NCBI GenBank assembly: GCA_028717805.1
Contig: JAQUNC010000004.1
Span: 5,549 to 69,548, forward strand
DNA from: Atribacterota bacterium
GTDB lineage: Bacteria > Atribacterota > Phoenicimicrobiia > Phoenicimicrobiales > Stramentimicrobiaceae
Direction of reading: 5' to 3'
Length of the DNA: 64,000 nt
Shown here: positions 1 through 10,653 of the stretch, piece after piece
How the letters are laid out: each line of letters opens with the position of its first letter
Position numbering within the stretch: the stretch's first letter is position 1
Notes under the pieces: generated by a model
What the model was told of the DNA's origin: nothing
Seen by the model: the letters and a program-made list of their open reading frames with translations, nothing else
Database searches by the model: none
Position numbers and translations under genes: made by a program

Positions 1-247
1 CTTCAATGGTCCAAATTTATCCATAATATAGACAGAATAAGTTGTCAGTAAAAAAGAAGACTAAAGAAGTGTTGAAATAATAACCTATCTAGACTTTGGT
101 TAAAACGGATTATTTGCCTATTATAGGGAAGTGAGGAAAGAAAACCATTCTAACTTAAATCTATAGTGATATGAGGTAGGGAAAGCATATTTAGATGTTC
201 CTAAACTATGAGCTTTTTTGTTGTTCCTTTTTGCCAGTTGAATCATA

Positions 248-1177
248 TTATCTTTTCTTCTTAGTGCCCATAATAGTTTTTTTAATTTGTTTTTTTGCGG
301 CAACAATAGTCAAATCCACTGTTATCTGCTTCATTTCAAGATGCCGTTTCTGTTTTATATCTTCCTTATTAATACTCCAGGAGAGCGGGGTCATCTCTAT
401 TATTGGAATGAAATCATCTCGTCTGAGCTTCCATTTATATACCAGTTGTTCCTGGCTGATAATGTTGAAATTTTTCCCCAGTAAAGCAATGACCTCTTCA
501 TTAGAGTATTCGCGTTTTTCTTTTTTTGTGTAAAATATTTTTCTAATTTCCTGAAGATAGCTTGAGCCAGGTAATACTTTAATAAATAATTCCGAATCCT
601 TGAGAATTCTTTTAAACTCAGCATAATTAGCAGGAGATAAGATATTAATAATTATATCAAATTGCTGGTCATTCAAAGGACAATTAGCGAGATCTGCAAC
701 AAGCCAGATATTTCCTGGATAACTTACAGAAGCAATATGTATACCTTCTCGGGAAATATCTAAACCAATCCCAATAAACTTAAGATTTGACTTACTGCTC
801 AGATAGGATAATAGACTGACCAAATTGGTGCCTTCTCCACAACCTGCATCAAGTATTCTAACTATTGTTTCTGTTTTCTTTTCCTTTATTTCCCTTATAA
901 TAATGTCACCTATCCGCTCTATCAGTGCCTGGAAAAATCCTTGCCGGGTAATAATTTTCCTGGAATTTAGCATCTGCCTATCATATTTAGAACTAATAGA
1001 ATGCATTAAGAGATTAAGATAGCCCTTTCTGGATAGGTCAAAACAATGTTTATTTAAGCATAGCAAAGAATTGCCTTTCAGTAACATCTGTTCTGAACAA
1101 ACCGGACAACGAAATATTTTTATGTTCTCTGCAATAAATCTTTTTGCTAACTCTATCTTTTTTATATGTTCTGGCAT
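248..1177 (-). CDS. rlmA: SAM-dependent 23S rRNA (guanine-N1)-methyltransferase, RlmA/RrmA-like
   Basis: 309-aa ORF. N-terminal Zn-ribbon (CPVC...C..KHC) is followed by RKGYLNLL and SAM motif I LDAGCGEG. C-terminal MTPLSW matches the RlmA family layout. Confidence 0.65.
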   Translation of the reverse strand: MPEHIKKIELAKRFIAENIKIFRCPVCSEQMLLKGNSLLCLNKHCFDLSRKGYLNLLMHSISSKYDRQMLNSRKIITRQGFFQALIERIGDIIIREIKEKKTETIVRILDAGCGEGTNLVSLLSYLSSKSNLKFIGIGLDISREGIHIASVSYPGNIWLVADLANCPLNDQQFDIIINILSPANYAEFKRILKDSELFIKVLPGSSYLQEIRKIFYTKKEKREYSNEEVIALLGKNFNIISQEQLVYKWKLRRDDFIPIIEMTPLSWSINKEDIKQKRHLEMKQITVDLTIVAAKKQIKKTIMGTKKKR

Positions 1178-1440
1178 CAGATATTTCCTGTCTAATTTTT
1201 ACTATTCTATTTCTTTTTTGATATATAGTCTAATTTTTAATCCATTTCTATTCTACCAGACAGAAATAAAATACAATTTATATAATTTATTGGAAAAATA
1301 TGAATTATCTCATTAAGAAAATATACTTTTAAGAAAATAAAAAAATATTTAAATTTAATAAAAAAGGGGTATCTTTATTTTTATTTTACTATAAAAAATA
1401 GTACAATAAAAAAAGATAAAAAAATAAAAAGGGGTAAAAA

Positions 1441-2700
1441 ATGAAAAATAAAGCTTATTGGTTGGTATGTAGTATATTTATTCTGTTTTTTGCTATGTAT
1501 TTGATCATTTTTCAATCTTCAGTTAACGCCCAGGAATTTTCGGCTCAAATCAAGATTGAACAACCCGAAGAAATCTATTATTATGATTATTTTGTGAAAG
1601 ATCATTTTTATCGGCTAGAAGGCAAAGATAGTAACGAAGAACCAATAGTAATCATTGCTAACCGCCAGATTGATTCTTATCTTGGTCTACACCCGATTAT
1701 GAAGTTTTATATGGAATTTTCTAAAGAAGAGATATTTTTATTTAATCCCATCATTGGATGGGAGATGATTACAGACGGATACCAGGAAGAGAAAACTGGT
1801 ACAGAAGTTATTGCCGGATTTGAATGCGAAAAATACGTCTATAGCAGGCAAGGCTTGGATGAGGCAATTGAAGTCTGGTACTCCCCAGAATTAAAACAGA
1901 GAATAAAAGTGGTTGTTCCACTGATCAATGCTAATAAGAGCATTTTTGAATTACTGGATATACAGATTGGTAACCAGGATGATGACAAATTTTTAGTTCC
2001 TGCAGATTATATAAGAATGGACTCTCCTGCCGAGCAAATACCGACAAACAAAACAGAAGAGAGTGTTTCAATCATCTCAGAAGAGTTTTCTGGAATGACA
2101 GAGGTTGAAGCTCCAGTAGGAAGAGTATTAGGATCAGGAAGTTTATTGCAGATAAAGGTTATCCCTGGTTTGGAGAAAAACTTAGTAATTGAAAATAAAG
2201 GTGATAAAGATGCCTATGTTACAGTAATCCCTATTCGAGAAGGAGAAGTTATTAACGAGGAAATTATTGAGAAGGCAGTTTCACCAAAAGGGAAAATCAA
2301 ACCTTCCTTTAGTAGTAGCCTGAAAATTAACAAAATTGAAGTAAAAGTACAAGAGGGTACCGTTCAAATAGTGGTAATTCAAGAATCGCATTTTACGGAT
2401 AAAATTGAAAGAAAAGAATATTATCTCTTTGAAAATTTTGGACAGGGATTATTTTTCAGTGAAGACAAAGAGGTTCAGTTGACCATTATTGGTGATAATG
2501 AAAAATCAGCAATAGCTCAGGGTGAGGTCACCTTCTTTAAGGGAGAATATCAGGATCCTATTGAAACAATAGAATTTTCACTTGAAAAAGGGGAGATACA
2601 GCAATGGGCTTTTCAGCCAGGAGAGATTAAAACAGTGGATATTGTTACTGGAAATTCCAATGGCGGGATAAAAATAATTTTTGAACAATTTAATCCTTAA
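1441..2700 (+). CDS. Secreted hypothetical protein (signal peptide, beta-rich; N-terminal half possibly LolA/DUF4412-like)
   Basis: 419-aa ORF. RBS-like AAAGGGG lies just upstream. N-terminal hydrophobic signal ends in VNAQ. No family recognised with certainty. Confidence 0.5.
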   Translation: MKNKAYWLVCSIFILFFAMYLIIFQSSVNAQEFSAQIKIEQPEEIYYYDYFVKDHFYRLEGKDSNEEPIVIIANRQIDSYLGLHPIMKFYMEFSKEEIFLFNPIIGWEMITDGYQEEKTGTEVIAGFECEKYVYSRQGLDEAIEVWYSPELKQRIKVVVPLINANKSIFELLDIQIGNQDDDKFLVPADYIRMDSPAEQIPTNKTEESVSIISEEFSGMTEVEAPVGRVLGSGSLLQIKVIPGLEKNLVIENKGDKDAYVTVIPIREGEVINEEIIEKAVSPKGKIKPSFSSSLKINKIEVKVQEGTVQIVVIQESHFTDKIERKEYYLFENFGQGLFFSEDKEVQLTIIGDNEKSAIAQGEVTFFKGEYQDPIETIEFSLEKGEIQQWAFQPGEIKTVDIVTGNSNGGIKIIFEQFNP

Positions 2701-3004
2701 AAAGATATCTATAAACAATAAATAGGATTATTATTTCATAAGATAAAAGCTCTTAATTTTGAATTGGGGGCTTTTTATCTTATAATATTATATAACAAGT
2801 AAAAGCAGACAAATTGTCATTGGACAAGAACTGGAAGAGTAAAAAATAATTCACAAGTTAAGACATACAAATAAATAATTAAAATATTTGACTTTATATA
2901 CCATGCAAAAATCACACTACCTTACCATACTACTACAGAGGCTAAAAGTTACCATATATAATATAATTGTATGACTATATAATAATAATGAAGGAGGATA
3001 AGAA

Positions 3005-3289
3005 ATGGTTACTAAGGGTAAAAAAATTGATATCTATCAAGAAGCTCCAACCGTAGAGCAGTATTTTTATCTGCATAATGGGACGCCGATAAAAAGTTTA
3101 GCCGAATTAATTGATCAGCTGATTAACATGGAACAGGAATTGTTTTGTTATCATGTCCATTCAAAAAATAATGATTTTGCCAACTGGATACGCGATGTAT
3201 TCGGCGCAAAAGAATTAGCAAGAAGAATAAAAATGTCCCATTCTGCTCCAGGAATGTTAAAATCAATAACCAAATATCTGGAATCGTAA
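3005..3289 (+). CDS. Small conserved hypothetical protein, first gene of the alpha-glucan operon (reminiscent of DUF5752; unverified)
   Basis: 94-aa ORF preceded by a GAAGGAGGA RBS. It lies directly upstream of glgE on the same strand. Confidence 0.55.
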   Translation: MVTKGKKIDIYQEAPTVEQYFYLHNGTPIKSLAELIDQLINMEQELFCYHVHSKNNDFANWIRDVFGAKELARRIKMSHSAPGMLKSITKYLES

Positions 3290-3355
3290 GTTATAGTTCA
3301 GGTTTGGGGAAACTAAACAGAATAATTAGCAGAATCAATAGAAAGGATTTTAAAA

Positions 3356-5359
3356 ATTATAAATTTAAATACACTTAATGGAAAACAGCGGGTTGTCATT
3401 GAGAATGTACAACCAGAGATTAACCATGGCCAATTTGCCATTAAAAGAATAGAGGGGGAGAAGGTAAAAGTTTCTGCCGATATCTATGCTGATGGGCATG
3501 AACAGGTTCAGAGTTATTTACTTTTTCGGAAAAAGGAAGAAAAATATTGGCAAAAAAACACCATGGAGTTTATAGTGAATGATTTCTGGCAGGGAGAATT
3601 TACTGTTAATGAGCCTGGTATTTATGAATATACTATAGAAGCAATGGTCGACCATTTGACTACTTGGTGGAAAGATATTCAAAAAAAGGCAACTGGCAGT
3701 GATAATCTGACAGTTGATTTAAAAAACGGTCTTTCCCTCTTAGCTGAAGTTGTTCTTAAGATTGAAGAGGCTGATAAAAAAGTTGCTATTCAAAAGCTCA
3801 TTACCCTTATTCAAAGGGGTGAAAATCAGGAAGAAATAATAAAATTATTAAAAAAAGAATTGAACAAAGAGTTCCTCAAAAAATATCCTTTGCCCAATCA
3901 TATTACACATTATGATAAGAATCTAAGAGTAATCGTAGATCGAAAAAGAGCTGGCTTCAGTGCCTGGTATGAACTATTTCCTCGATCCTGTTCTTCTAAA
4001 CCAGGTGCTCATGGTACTTTTCGTGATTGCTTGAACTGGATTCCGGAAATCGCTAATATGGGATTCAATGTTCTTTACTTTCCCCCTATCCATCCTATTG
4101 GGGAAACACACCGTAAGGGAAAAAATAATACTATTCTAGCAAATTCAGATGACCCGGGTAGTCCCTGGGCTATTGGCAATAAAACAGGTGGGCATATAGC
4201 TATCCATCCCCGGCTGGGAAGACTGGAAGATTTTCAGGAAGTTATTAAAAAAGCCCAGGAATATGGGATGGAAATAGCCTTAGACCTTGCTTTCCAATGT
4301 TCACCAGATCATCCTTATATCAAGGAACATCCAGAATGGTTCCGCTGGCGAGTTGATGGCACTATTCAATATGCTGAAAATCCACCCAAGAAATATGAAG
4401 ATATTGTCCCTTTTAATTTCGAAACTGAAAACTGGCGAGGGTTATGGGAAGAACTAAAAAATATTGTAATGTTCTGGATTAAACAGGGAATTAAAATTTT
4501 TAGAGTAGATAATCCTCATACCAAACCATTTCTATTCTGGGAATGGTTAATAAATTTGGTAAAAAAAGATTATCCTGAGGTAATTTTTTTATCAGAAGCC
4601 TTTACCAGACCAAAAGTAATGTATCGATTAGCCAAACTCGGTTTTACTCAATCATATACCTATTTCACCTGGCGCAATACCAAGCAGGAATTAACAGATT
4701 ATTTAATTGAATTAACTCAAACCCAGGTAAGAGAATATTTTCGTCCCAATTTTTGGCCTAATACTCCGGATATTCTTTCTGAATACTTACAAACCGATGG
4801 TAATCCTGCTTTTATTATCAAATTTATACTAGCAGCAACCCTGTCTTCCAATTACGGGATTTATGGGCCGCCCTATGAACGATTTATTAATAAGCCTTTA
4901 CCAGGGAAAGAGGAATATTACAATTCTGAGAAATATGAAATTAAAAACTGGTTATCAGAAGAGGTAAAAGAAAATATCAGAGACCTATTCGCTACCATTA
5001 ATCGTATTAGAGAGGAAAATTCTGAATTCCATCAAACTAATAATATCCAGTTTTTACCAGTAGAAAATAATCAGTTACTTTATTTCGCCAAATTTAACGA
5101 GGAAAGAAATAATGCCATCTTAGTAGTCATTAACTTAGATCCTTATTATACCCAATCCGGATGGGTCAAAGTTCCTTTGTATGAACTCGGCATTCCGCCA
5201 GAGCAATCTTTTTTAGCTCACGATTTATTGGGTGGCGGACAATATGTCTGGCAAGGTGAATATAACTATGTAGAGCTAAATCCCTATGTATTACCAGCTC
5301 ATATTATAAAAATAAAAAAATATCTCAAAAGAGAAAATCAATTCGATTATTTTAACTAG
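3356..5359 (+). CDS. glgE: Alpha-1,4-glucan:maltose-1-phosphate maltosyltransferase (GlgE)
   Basis: GH13_3-type motifs are present: FSAWYELFPRS, GFNVLYFPPIHPIG.THRKGKNN, FRVDNPHTKP, LSEAFTRP, GFTQSYTYFTWR. The conserved N-domain (QRVVIENVQPEINHGQFAIKRIEGEKVKVSADIYADGHEQV) is encoded in frame upstream of the first ATG (3563). The frame opens at 3353 after TAA. ATT at 3356 sits 8 nt after AAAGGA. Confidence 0.85.
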   Translation: MINLNTLNGKQRVVIENVQPEINHGQFAIKRIEGEKVKVSADIYADGHEQVQSYLLFRKKEEKYWQKNTMEFIVNDFWQGEFTVNEPGIYEYTIEAMVDHLTTWWKDIQKKATGSDNLTVDLKNGLSLLAEVVLKIEEADKKVAIQKLITLIQRGENQEEIIKLLKKELNKEFLKKYPLPNHITHYDKNLRVIVDRKRAGFSAWYELFPRSCSSKPGAHGTFRDCLNWIPEIANMGFNVLYFPPIHPIGETHRKGKNNTILANSDDPGSPWAIGNKTGGHIAIHPRLGRLEDFQEVIKKAQEYGMEIALDLAFQCSPDHPYIKEHPEWFRWRVDGTIQYAENPPKKYEDIVPFNFETENWRGLWEELKNIVMFWIKQGIKIFRVDNPHTKPFLFWEWLINLVKKDYPEVIFLSEAFTRPKVMYRLAKLGFTQSYTYFTWRNTKQELTDYLIELTQTQVREYFRPNFWPNTPDILSEYLQTDGNPAFIIKFILAATLSSNYGIYGPPYERFINKPLPGKEEYYNSEKYEIKNWLSEEVKENIRDLFATINRIREENSEFHQTNNIQFLPVENNQLLYFAKFNEERNNAILVVINLDPYYTQSGWVKVPLYELGIPPEQSFLAHDLLGGGQYVWQGEYNYVELNPYVLPAHIIKIKKYLKRENQFDYFN

Positions 5360-5373
5360 GAGGAAGAAAATAC

Positions 5374-8300
5374 ATGTTGAGCCAGGAAGACTTTTCAGAA
5401 ACTCCCTTATGGTATAAGGATGCCATTATCTATGAACTTCATGTTAAAACATTTTATGATAAGAATGGTGACGGAATTGGAGATTTTAGAGGTCTCACGG
5501 AAAAACTTGATTATCTGGAAAGTCTGGGAGTAAACACTATCTGGTTATTACCTTTTTTCCCCTCACCATTGAAGGATGATGGTTATGATATTTCTGACTA
5601 TTATGATATTCATCCTCATTATGGAAATATGCGTCACTTTAAAAATTTCTTAAGAGAGGCTCATAAGCGGGAAATGAAGGTTATTATTGAGCTAGTTCTC
5701 AACCATACCTCAGATCAGCATCTTTGGTTTCAAAAAGCACGAAAAAAGAATGCTCCTAAAAAATGGCGAGATTTCTATGTCTGGAGTGATAAGCCGGATA
5801 AATATCTGGATGCACGAATTATATTTCAGGACTTTGAGACATCTAACTGGACCAGAGATCCTGAAAATGAAAAGTATTTCTGGCACCGGTTCTATTCTCA
5901 TCAACCAGACCTGAATTATGATAATCCAGAAGTACAAAAGGCTATCTTAAAAATAATTGATTTCTGGATGAAGATGGGTGTTGATGGATTACGACTGGAT
6001 GCTGTACCCTATCTCTTTGAAAGAGAAGGCACTAATTGTGAGAATTTACCTGAATCATTAGAATTTTTAAAAAAGATGCGGACTTATATGGACCGTAATT
6101 ATCAGAATCGCATGATTCTTGCCGAGGCTAACCAATGGCCGGAAGATGCTATTCGCTATTTTGGAAATGGAGATGCTTGCCATATGGCTTTTCATTTCCC
6201 GCTCATGCCCCGTATGTTTATGGCTCTAAGAATGGAAGATCGCTTCCCGATTATTGATATTCTAGACCAAACTCCTCCTATTCCTGATAATTGTCAATGG
6301 TCTCTCTTCTTGAGGAACCATGATGAATTAACTCTAGAGATGGTTACCGATGAAGAGAGGGATTATATGTATCGGGTCTATGCCAGAGATACTACTACCA
6401 GAATTAATCTGGGTATCAGAAGGCGCCTGGCACCTTTACTGGAAAATCATCGCCGAAAAATGGAAATTATGAAAATCTTACTTTTCTCCTTACCTGGTAC
6501 ACCCACCATCTATTACGGTGATGAAATAGCTATGGGAGATAATCATTTTTTAGGAGATCGTGATGGAGTAAGAACTCCCATGCAATGGAGTGCAGATCGT
6601 AATGCCGGATTTTCTCGCGCTAATCCTCAGAAGCTTTATCTGCCGGTTATAATTGACCCAGCTTATCATTATGAGACAGTTAATGTAGAAAACCAGGAAC
6701 AAAACCAAACCTCTTTTCTCTGGTGGATGAAAAGAGTAATTAACATGCGAAAAAATTACAAAGCCTTTGGGCGGGGATCTATTGAATTATTACATCCTGA
6801 AAATCCCAAAATTCTGGCTTTCCTCAGGAAATATAAGGATGAAATCATATTGGTAGTGGTAAATCTCTCTCGCTTTTCTCAGGTAGCGGAATTAGATCTT
6901 TCCCGATATGGCGGCTATACTCCCATTGAAATATTCAGTAAGAATTCTTTTCCTGTTATCCAGGAAAAACCTTATATTATGACTCTTGGTTTTTATGATT
7001 ATTTCTGGTTTGTACTACAAAAAGAAGAGGAGGTTTATCCTGAGAAAAACACTAGAGAAATCCCCCTGGTTAAATCTAGATTAGATTGGATTCAACTATT
7101 TAATAATCGGATTAGAACCAGAATGGAAAGCGAGATTTTATCCCAATTTTTAATGGAACAGCGCTGGTTTGGCAGTAAATCACGGAAGATTTTAAAAATC
7201 AATATTGTAGAGATAATTCCTATAACTAACCGAAATAGTAAAAGTATTATACTTATTATTAAAGTAAGTTATTATGATGCTCCAGAAGAATACTATCATA
7301 TACCGCTATCCTTTCTGGAAATGGAGCAGGCTAAAGAACTTTTAACCGAAAAACCCCAATCGGTATTGTTCCAATTTCAATCGTCAAAACAGGAAGGTAT
7401 AATTTATGATGCAGCTTTAGATGAGTCTTTTCATCAGACTTTACTACAACTGGTTGACCGAAGAAGAATTATACCTGCAACAGAAGGAAAATTAAAGGCT
7501 TATCCCGGCAAATACTTTAGAAAAGTGCGTAATCTGATCAGCAAGTTTGAACATTCCCATCTGCTTACTACAGAACAGAGTAATTCCTCTATTCTTTATG
7601 ACCGTCAATTAATCCTTAAAATATTCCGGAAACTGGGTGAGGGAACAAATCCCGATCTCGAAATCGTAAGATATATCACAGAAAACACTAATTATAAGAA
7701 TATACCAGCTTTTGCTGGTGCCCTGGAATATCAAAAGAAAGATGGCTCCCAGGTTACTCTGGGTATCTTATATCCCTATGTTCCCAGTGAGGGGAATGCC
7801 TGGGATTATGCTCAGGATTATCTAATCAGATATTATGAAAGAGTTTTAGCTCAACTCAGCCAGATAGAGAAAATACCTTTTCTTCCTGCTTCTTTGTTTG
7901 AAAAAACGGAAAAAGATATCCCAGATATTGTGCAAGAATTAATAGGGGCACCCTTTATAGAAATGGCTTATCTCTTAGGTAAAAGAACAGCCGAACTACA
8001 TAGTGCTCTAGGCAGAGTTACTCAGGATCTTAACTTTAAACCAGAATCATTTTCAATACTTTATCAACGTTCAGTTTTTCAATCTATGCAAAGTCTGGTC
8101 AAGAGGGTATTCTTTTCCTTAAGAAGGAATTATAACAGATATCCGGAAACAGTACAAGAAGACCTAAAAAAAGTTCTCCTATTAGAATCCCAAATAATTA
8201 CTTATTGCCAGGAAATTATGTCTCAAAAGATTAAAGCCAAAAAGATTAGAATACATGGTGATTATCATCTTGGTCAGGTACTCTATACCGGAAATGATTT

Positions 8301-8709
8301 TTATATAATTGATTTTGAAGGGGAACCTGCTAAACCTCTGGGCGAAAGAAAGCTGAAACGTAATCCTTTAAAGGATGTAGCTGGAATGTTGCGTTCATTC
8401 TATTATGCCGCTTTTACCCCCTTAATTCAACAGAAAATTTCTGGAGGCTATAATGAACTGGAACACTGGGCAAAATTATGGACCTTCTACATCAGCAAAG
8501 TATTTCTAAATGCTTATTTGGAATATATCGATACTTCTCTTCTTCCGGAAGATAAATCAGAAATTAGCAAATTACTCAGAATATATTTGCTGGAAAAAGT
8601 AGTTTATGAAATAGGTTATGAAATGAATAATAGACCAGACTGGCTGGCTATACCATTGAAAGGAATCCTCTTTGAAGTAGGAGCAATTGGGAATGAAAAA
8701 GGAGAATAA
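5374..8709 (+). CDS. treS: Trehalose synthase (maltose alpha-D-glucosyltransferase) fused to maltokinase (TreS-Pep2/Mak)
   Basis: 1111 aa. The N-terminal GH13 TreS pattern includes [38 protein letters not shown] and [11 protein letters not shown]. The C-terminal ~450 aa shows an aminoglycoside-phosphotransferase-like maltokinase pattern ([11 protein letters not shown]...IIDFEGEP). Confidence 0.9.
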   Translation: MLSQEDFSETPLWYKDAIIYELHVKTFYDKNGDGIGDFRGLTEKLDYLESLGVNTIWLLPFFPSPLKDDGYDISDYYDIHPHYGNMRHFKNFLREAHKREMKVIIELVLNHTSDQHLWFQKARKKNAPKKWRDFYVWSDKPDKYLDARIIFQDFETSNWTRDPENEKYFWHRFYSHQPDLNYDNPEVQKAILKIIDFWMKMGVDGLRLDAVPYLFEREGTNCENLPESLEFLKKMRTYMDRNYQNRMILAEANQWPEDAIRYFGNGDACHMAFHFPLMPRMFMALRMEDRFPIIDILDQTPPIPDNCQWSLFLRNHDELTLEMVTDEERDYMYRVYARDTTTRINLGIRRRLAPLLENHRRKMEIMKILLFSLPGTPTIYYGDEIAMGDNHFLGDRDGVRTPMQWSADRNAGFSRANPQKLYLPVIIDPAYHYETVNVENQEQNQTSFLWWMKRVINMRKNYKAFGRGSIELLHPENPKILAFLRKYKDEIILVVVNLSRFSQVAELDLSRYGGYTPIEIFSKNSFPVIQEKPYIMTLGFYDYFWFVLQKEEEVYPEKNTREIPLVKSRLDWIQLFNNRIRTRMESEILSQFLMEQRWFGSKSRKILKINIVEIIPITNRNSKSIILIIKVSYYDAPEEYYHIPLSFLEMEQAKELLTEKPQSVLFQFQSSKQEGIIYDAALDESFHQTLLQLVDRRRIIPATEGKLKAYPGKYFRKVRNLISKFEHSHLLTTEQSNSSILYDRQLILKIFRKLGEGTNPDLEIVRYITENTNYKNIPAFAGALEYQKKDGSQVTLGILYPYVPSEGNAWDYAQDYLIRYYERVLAQLSQIEKIPFLPASLFEKTEKDIPDIVQELIGAPFIEMAYLLGKRTAELHSALGRVTQDLNFKPESFSILYQRSVFQSMQSLVKRVFFSLRRNYNRYPETVQEDLKKVLLLESQIITYCQEIMSQKIKAKKIRIHGDYHLGQVLYTGNDFYIIDFEGEPAKPLGERKLKRNPLKDVAGMLRSFYYAAFTPLIQQKISGGYNELEHWAKLWTFYISKVFLNAYLEYIDTSLLPEDKSEISKLLRIYLLEKVVYEIGYEMNNRPDWLAIPLKGILFEVGAIGNEKGE

Positions 8710-10621
8710 AATTTTATACCACCATTCCATACTAAGTAAAGAAGATATTTTTCTTTTTAATGAAGGTACCAATTATCAATTATACCGTCATCTGGGAACC
8801 CATCCGATGGTTGATAAAGAGAAAAAAGGTATTCACTTTGCAGTTTGGGCTCCCAATGCTGAATCTGTTTCTGTCATAGGAGATTTTAATAACTGGGAAT
8901 GGTCTGCTCACCCTCTCAAACAAATTCATGTCGGTAGCGGTATCTGGGAAGGAATTATTACTAACCTGGAAAGGGGTATAAAATATAAATACCATATCAA
9001 ATCCAGATATCACCAATATTGTGTTGATAAAAGAGATCCCTTTGCCTTCTATGGAGAAAAACCTCCTTTGACCGCTTCCATTATCTGGGAACTGGATTAC
9101 CAGTGGCAGGACCAAGATTGGATGGAACAACGTAAAGAAAAAAATCAGCTAAACCAGCCCTTTTCTATCTATGAAGTCCATCTCGGCTCCTGGCGTAGAA
9201 AATCGAACCAACAAAATGATTCTATTAGCTATCGGGAGATAGCCTCAGAACTTGCTCAATATTGTCAAGAAAAAGGCTTTACCCATATTGAATTACTGCC
9301 TGTGATGGAGCATCCTTTTTATGGTTCCTGGGGATATCAGACGGTGGGTTATTTTTCTCCTACCAGTCGTTATGGTACGCCACAGGATCTAATGTACTTG
9401 ATTGATTATCTACATCAATGTGGTATTGGAGTTATCCTGGATTGGGTTCCTTCTCATTTTCCTGGTGATGAACATGGATTAGTTTATTTTGATGGCACTC
9501 ATCTTTATGAACATGCTGATCCCAGACAGGGTTTTCACCCGGATTGGAAGAGTTATATCTTTAATTATAGCCGTAATGAAGTGAGAGCATTTTTAATAAG
9601 CAGTGCCCTATTCTGGCTGGATTACTATCATGCTGATGGCCTACGGGTAGATGCCGTTGCCTCCATGCTCTATCTCGACTACTCTCGTAAAGAGGGGGAA
9701 TGGATTCCCAATAAATTTGGAGGACGGGAAAACCTGGAGGCTATTTCTTTTCTAAAAAAATTAAATGAAACAGCCTATTCTGCTTTCCCGGATATCCAGA
9801 TAATTGCTGAAGAGTCCACTGCTTGGCCTATGGTTTCTCGCCCAACATACCTGGGTGGTCTCGGTTTTGGTATGAAATGGAATATGGGCTGGATGCATGA
9901 TACCCTTTCTTATATTGGTAGAGACTCTATTTATCGTAAATATCACCATCAGGAACTTACTTTTAGTCTTTTATATGCCTTTAATGAAAACTTCATTTTA
10001 TCCTTATCCCATGATGAAGTAACTCACGGTAAAAAATCCTTATTGGAGAAAATGCCGGGGGATGATTGGCAAAAATTTGCCAATTTACGTCTACTTTTTG
10101 GTTATATGTTTGCCCATCCCGGTAAAAAACTGCTCTTTATGGGCAGTGAATTTGGACAAAGACAGGAATGGCAGCATGATTTCTCCTTAGACTGGAATCT
10201 ACTTGAATTACCTTATCATCAGGGTATACAAAGATGGATTAAAGATCTCAATCAATTTTACCAGCAGGAAAAGGCTCTTTATGAAGTTGATTTTGAAAAT
10301 AGTGGCTTTCAATGGATTGAAAGTAATGATTGGGAACACAGCGTGCTGGTTTTTTTGAGAAAAAATAGAGGTAGTAAGGAAAAAATATTGATTGTCTGTA
10401 ATTTTGTTCCAACTCCATGGTATAATTACCGTATTGGCGTACCAGAAAAGGGTATCTGGCAGGAATGCTTGAATAGTGATGCCTCTATATACGGCGGTAG
10501 TTGTCATGGCAATCTGGGTAAAGCAAAGACTAGGCCTATTCCCAAGCACGAGAACGATTATTCAGTAAATATTACTATTCCTCCACTGGGTATTCTTTTC
10601 TTCAAAAAGCTGGAAACATAA
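8687..10621 (+). CDS. glgB: 1,4-alpha-glucan branching enzyme (GH13)
   Basis: 644 aa with [60 protein letters not shown] and LSHDEV. The start overlaps the treS-pep2 end by 23 nt, consistent with translational coupling. Confidence 0.9.
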   Translation: MGMKKENKILYHHSILSKEDIFLFNEGTNYQLYRHLGTHPMVDKEKKGIHFAVWAPNAESVSVIGDFNNWEWSAHPLKQIHVGSGIWEGIITNLERGIKYKYHIKSRYHQYCVDKRDPFAFYGEKPPLTASIIWELDYQWQDQDWMEQRKEKNQLNQPFSIYEVHLGSWRRKSNQQNDSISYREIASELAQYCQEKGFTHIELLPVMEHPFYGSWGYQTVGYFSPTSRYGTPQDLMYLIDYLHQCGIGVILDWVPSHFPGDEHGLVYFDGTHLYEHADPRQGFHPDWKSYIFNYSRNEVRAFLISSALFWLDYYHADGLRVDAVASMLYLDYSRKEGEWIPNKFGGRENLEAISFLKKLNETAYSAFPDIQIIAEESTAWPMVSRPTYLGGLGFGMKWNMGWMHDTLSYIGRDSIYRKYHHQELTFSLLYAFNENFILSLSHDEVTHGKKSLLEKMPGDDWQKFANLRLLFGYMFAHPGKKLLFMGSEFGQRQEWQHDFSLDWNLLELPYHQGIQRWIKDLNQFYQQEKALYEVDFENSGFQWIESNDWEHSVLVFLRKNRGSKEKILIVCNFVPTPWYNYRIGVPEKGIWQECLNSDASIYGGSCHGNLGKAKTRPIPKHENDYSVNITIPPLGILFFKKLET

Positions 10622-10653
10622 TCTTATTAACTTATTATAAAGGAGTGTACCGG

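Noticed and set aside
10645-10653. GTG 10645 as the start of the GH57 gene
   Set aside because: The GTG overlaps the AGGAG Shine-Dalgarno sequence itself. ATG 10654 has proper spacing, and the family N-terminus begins near there.
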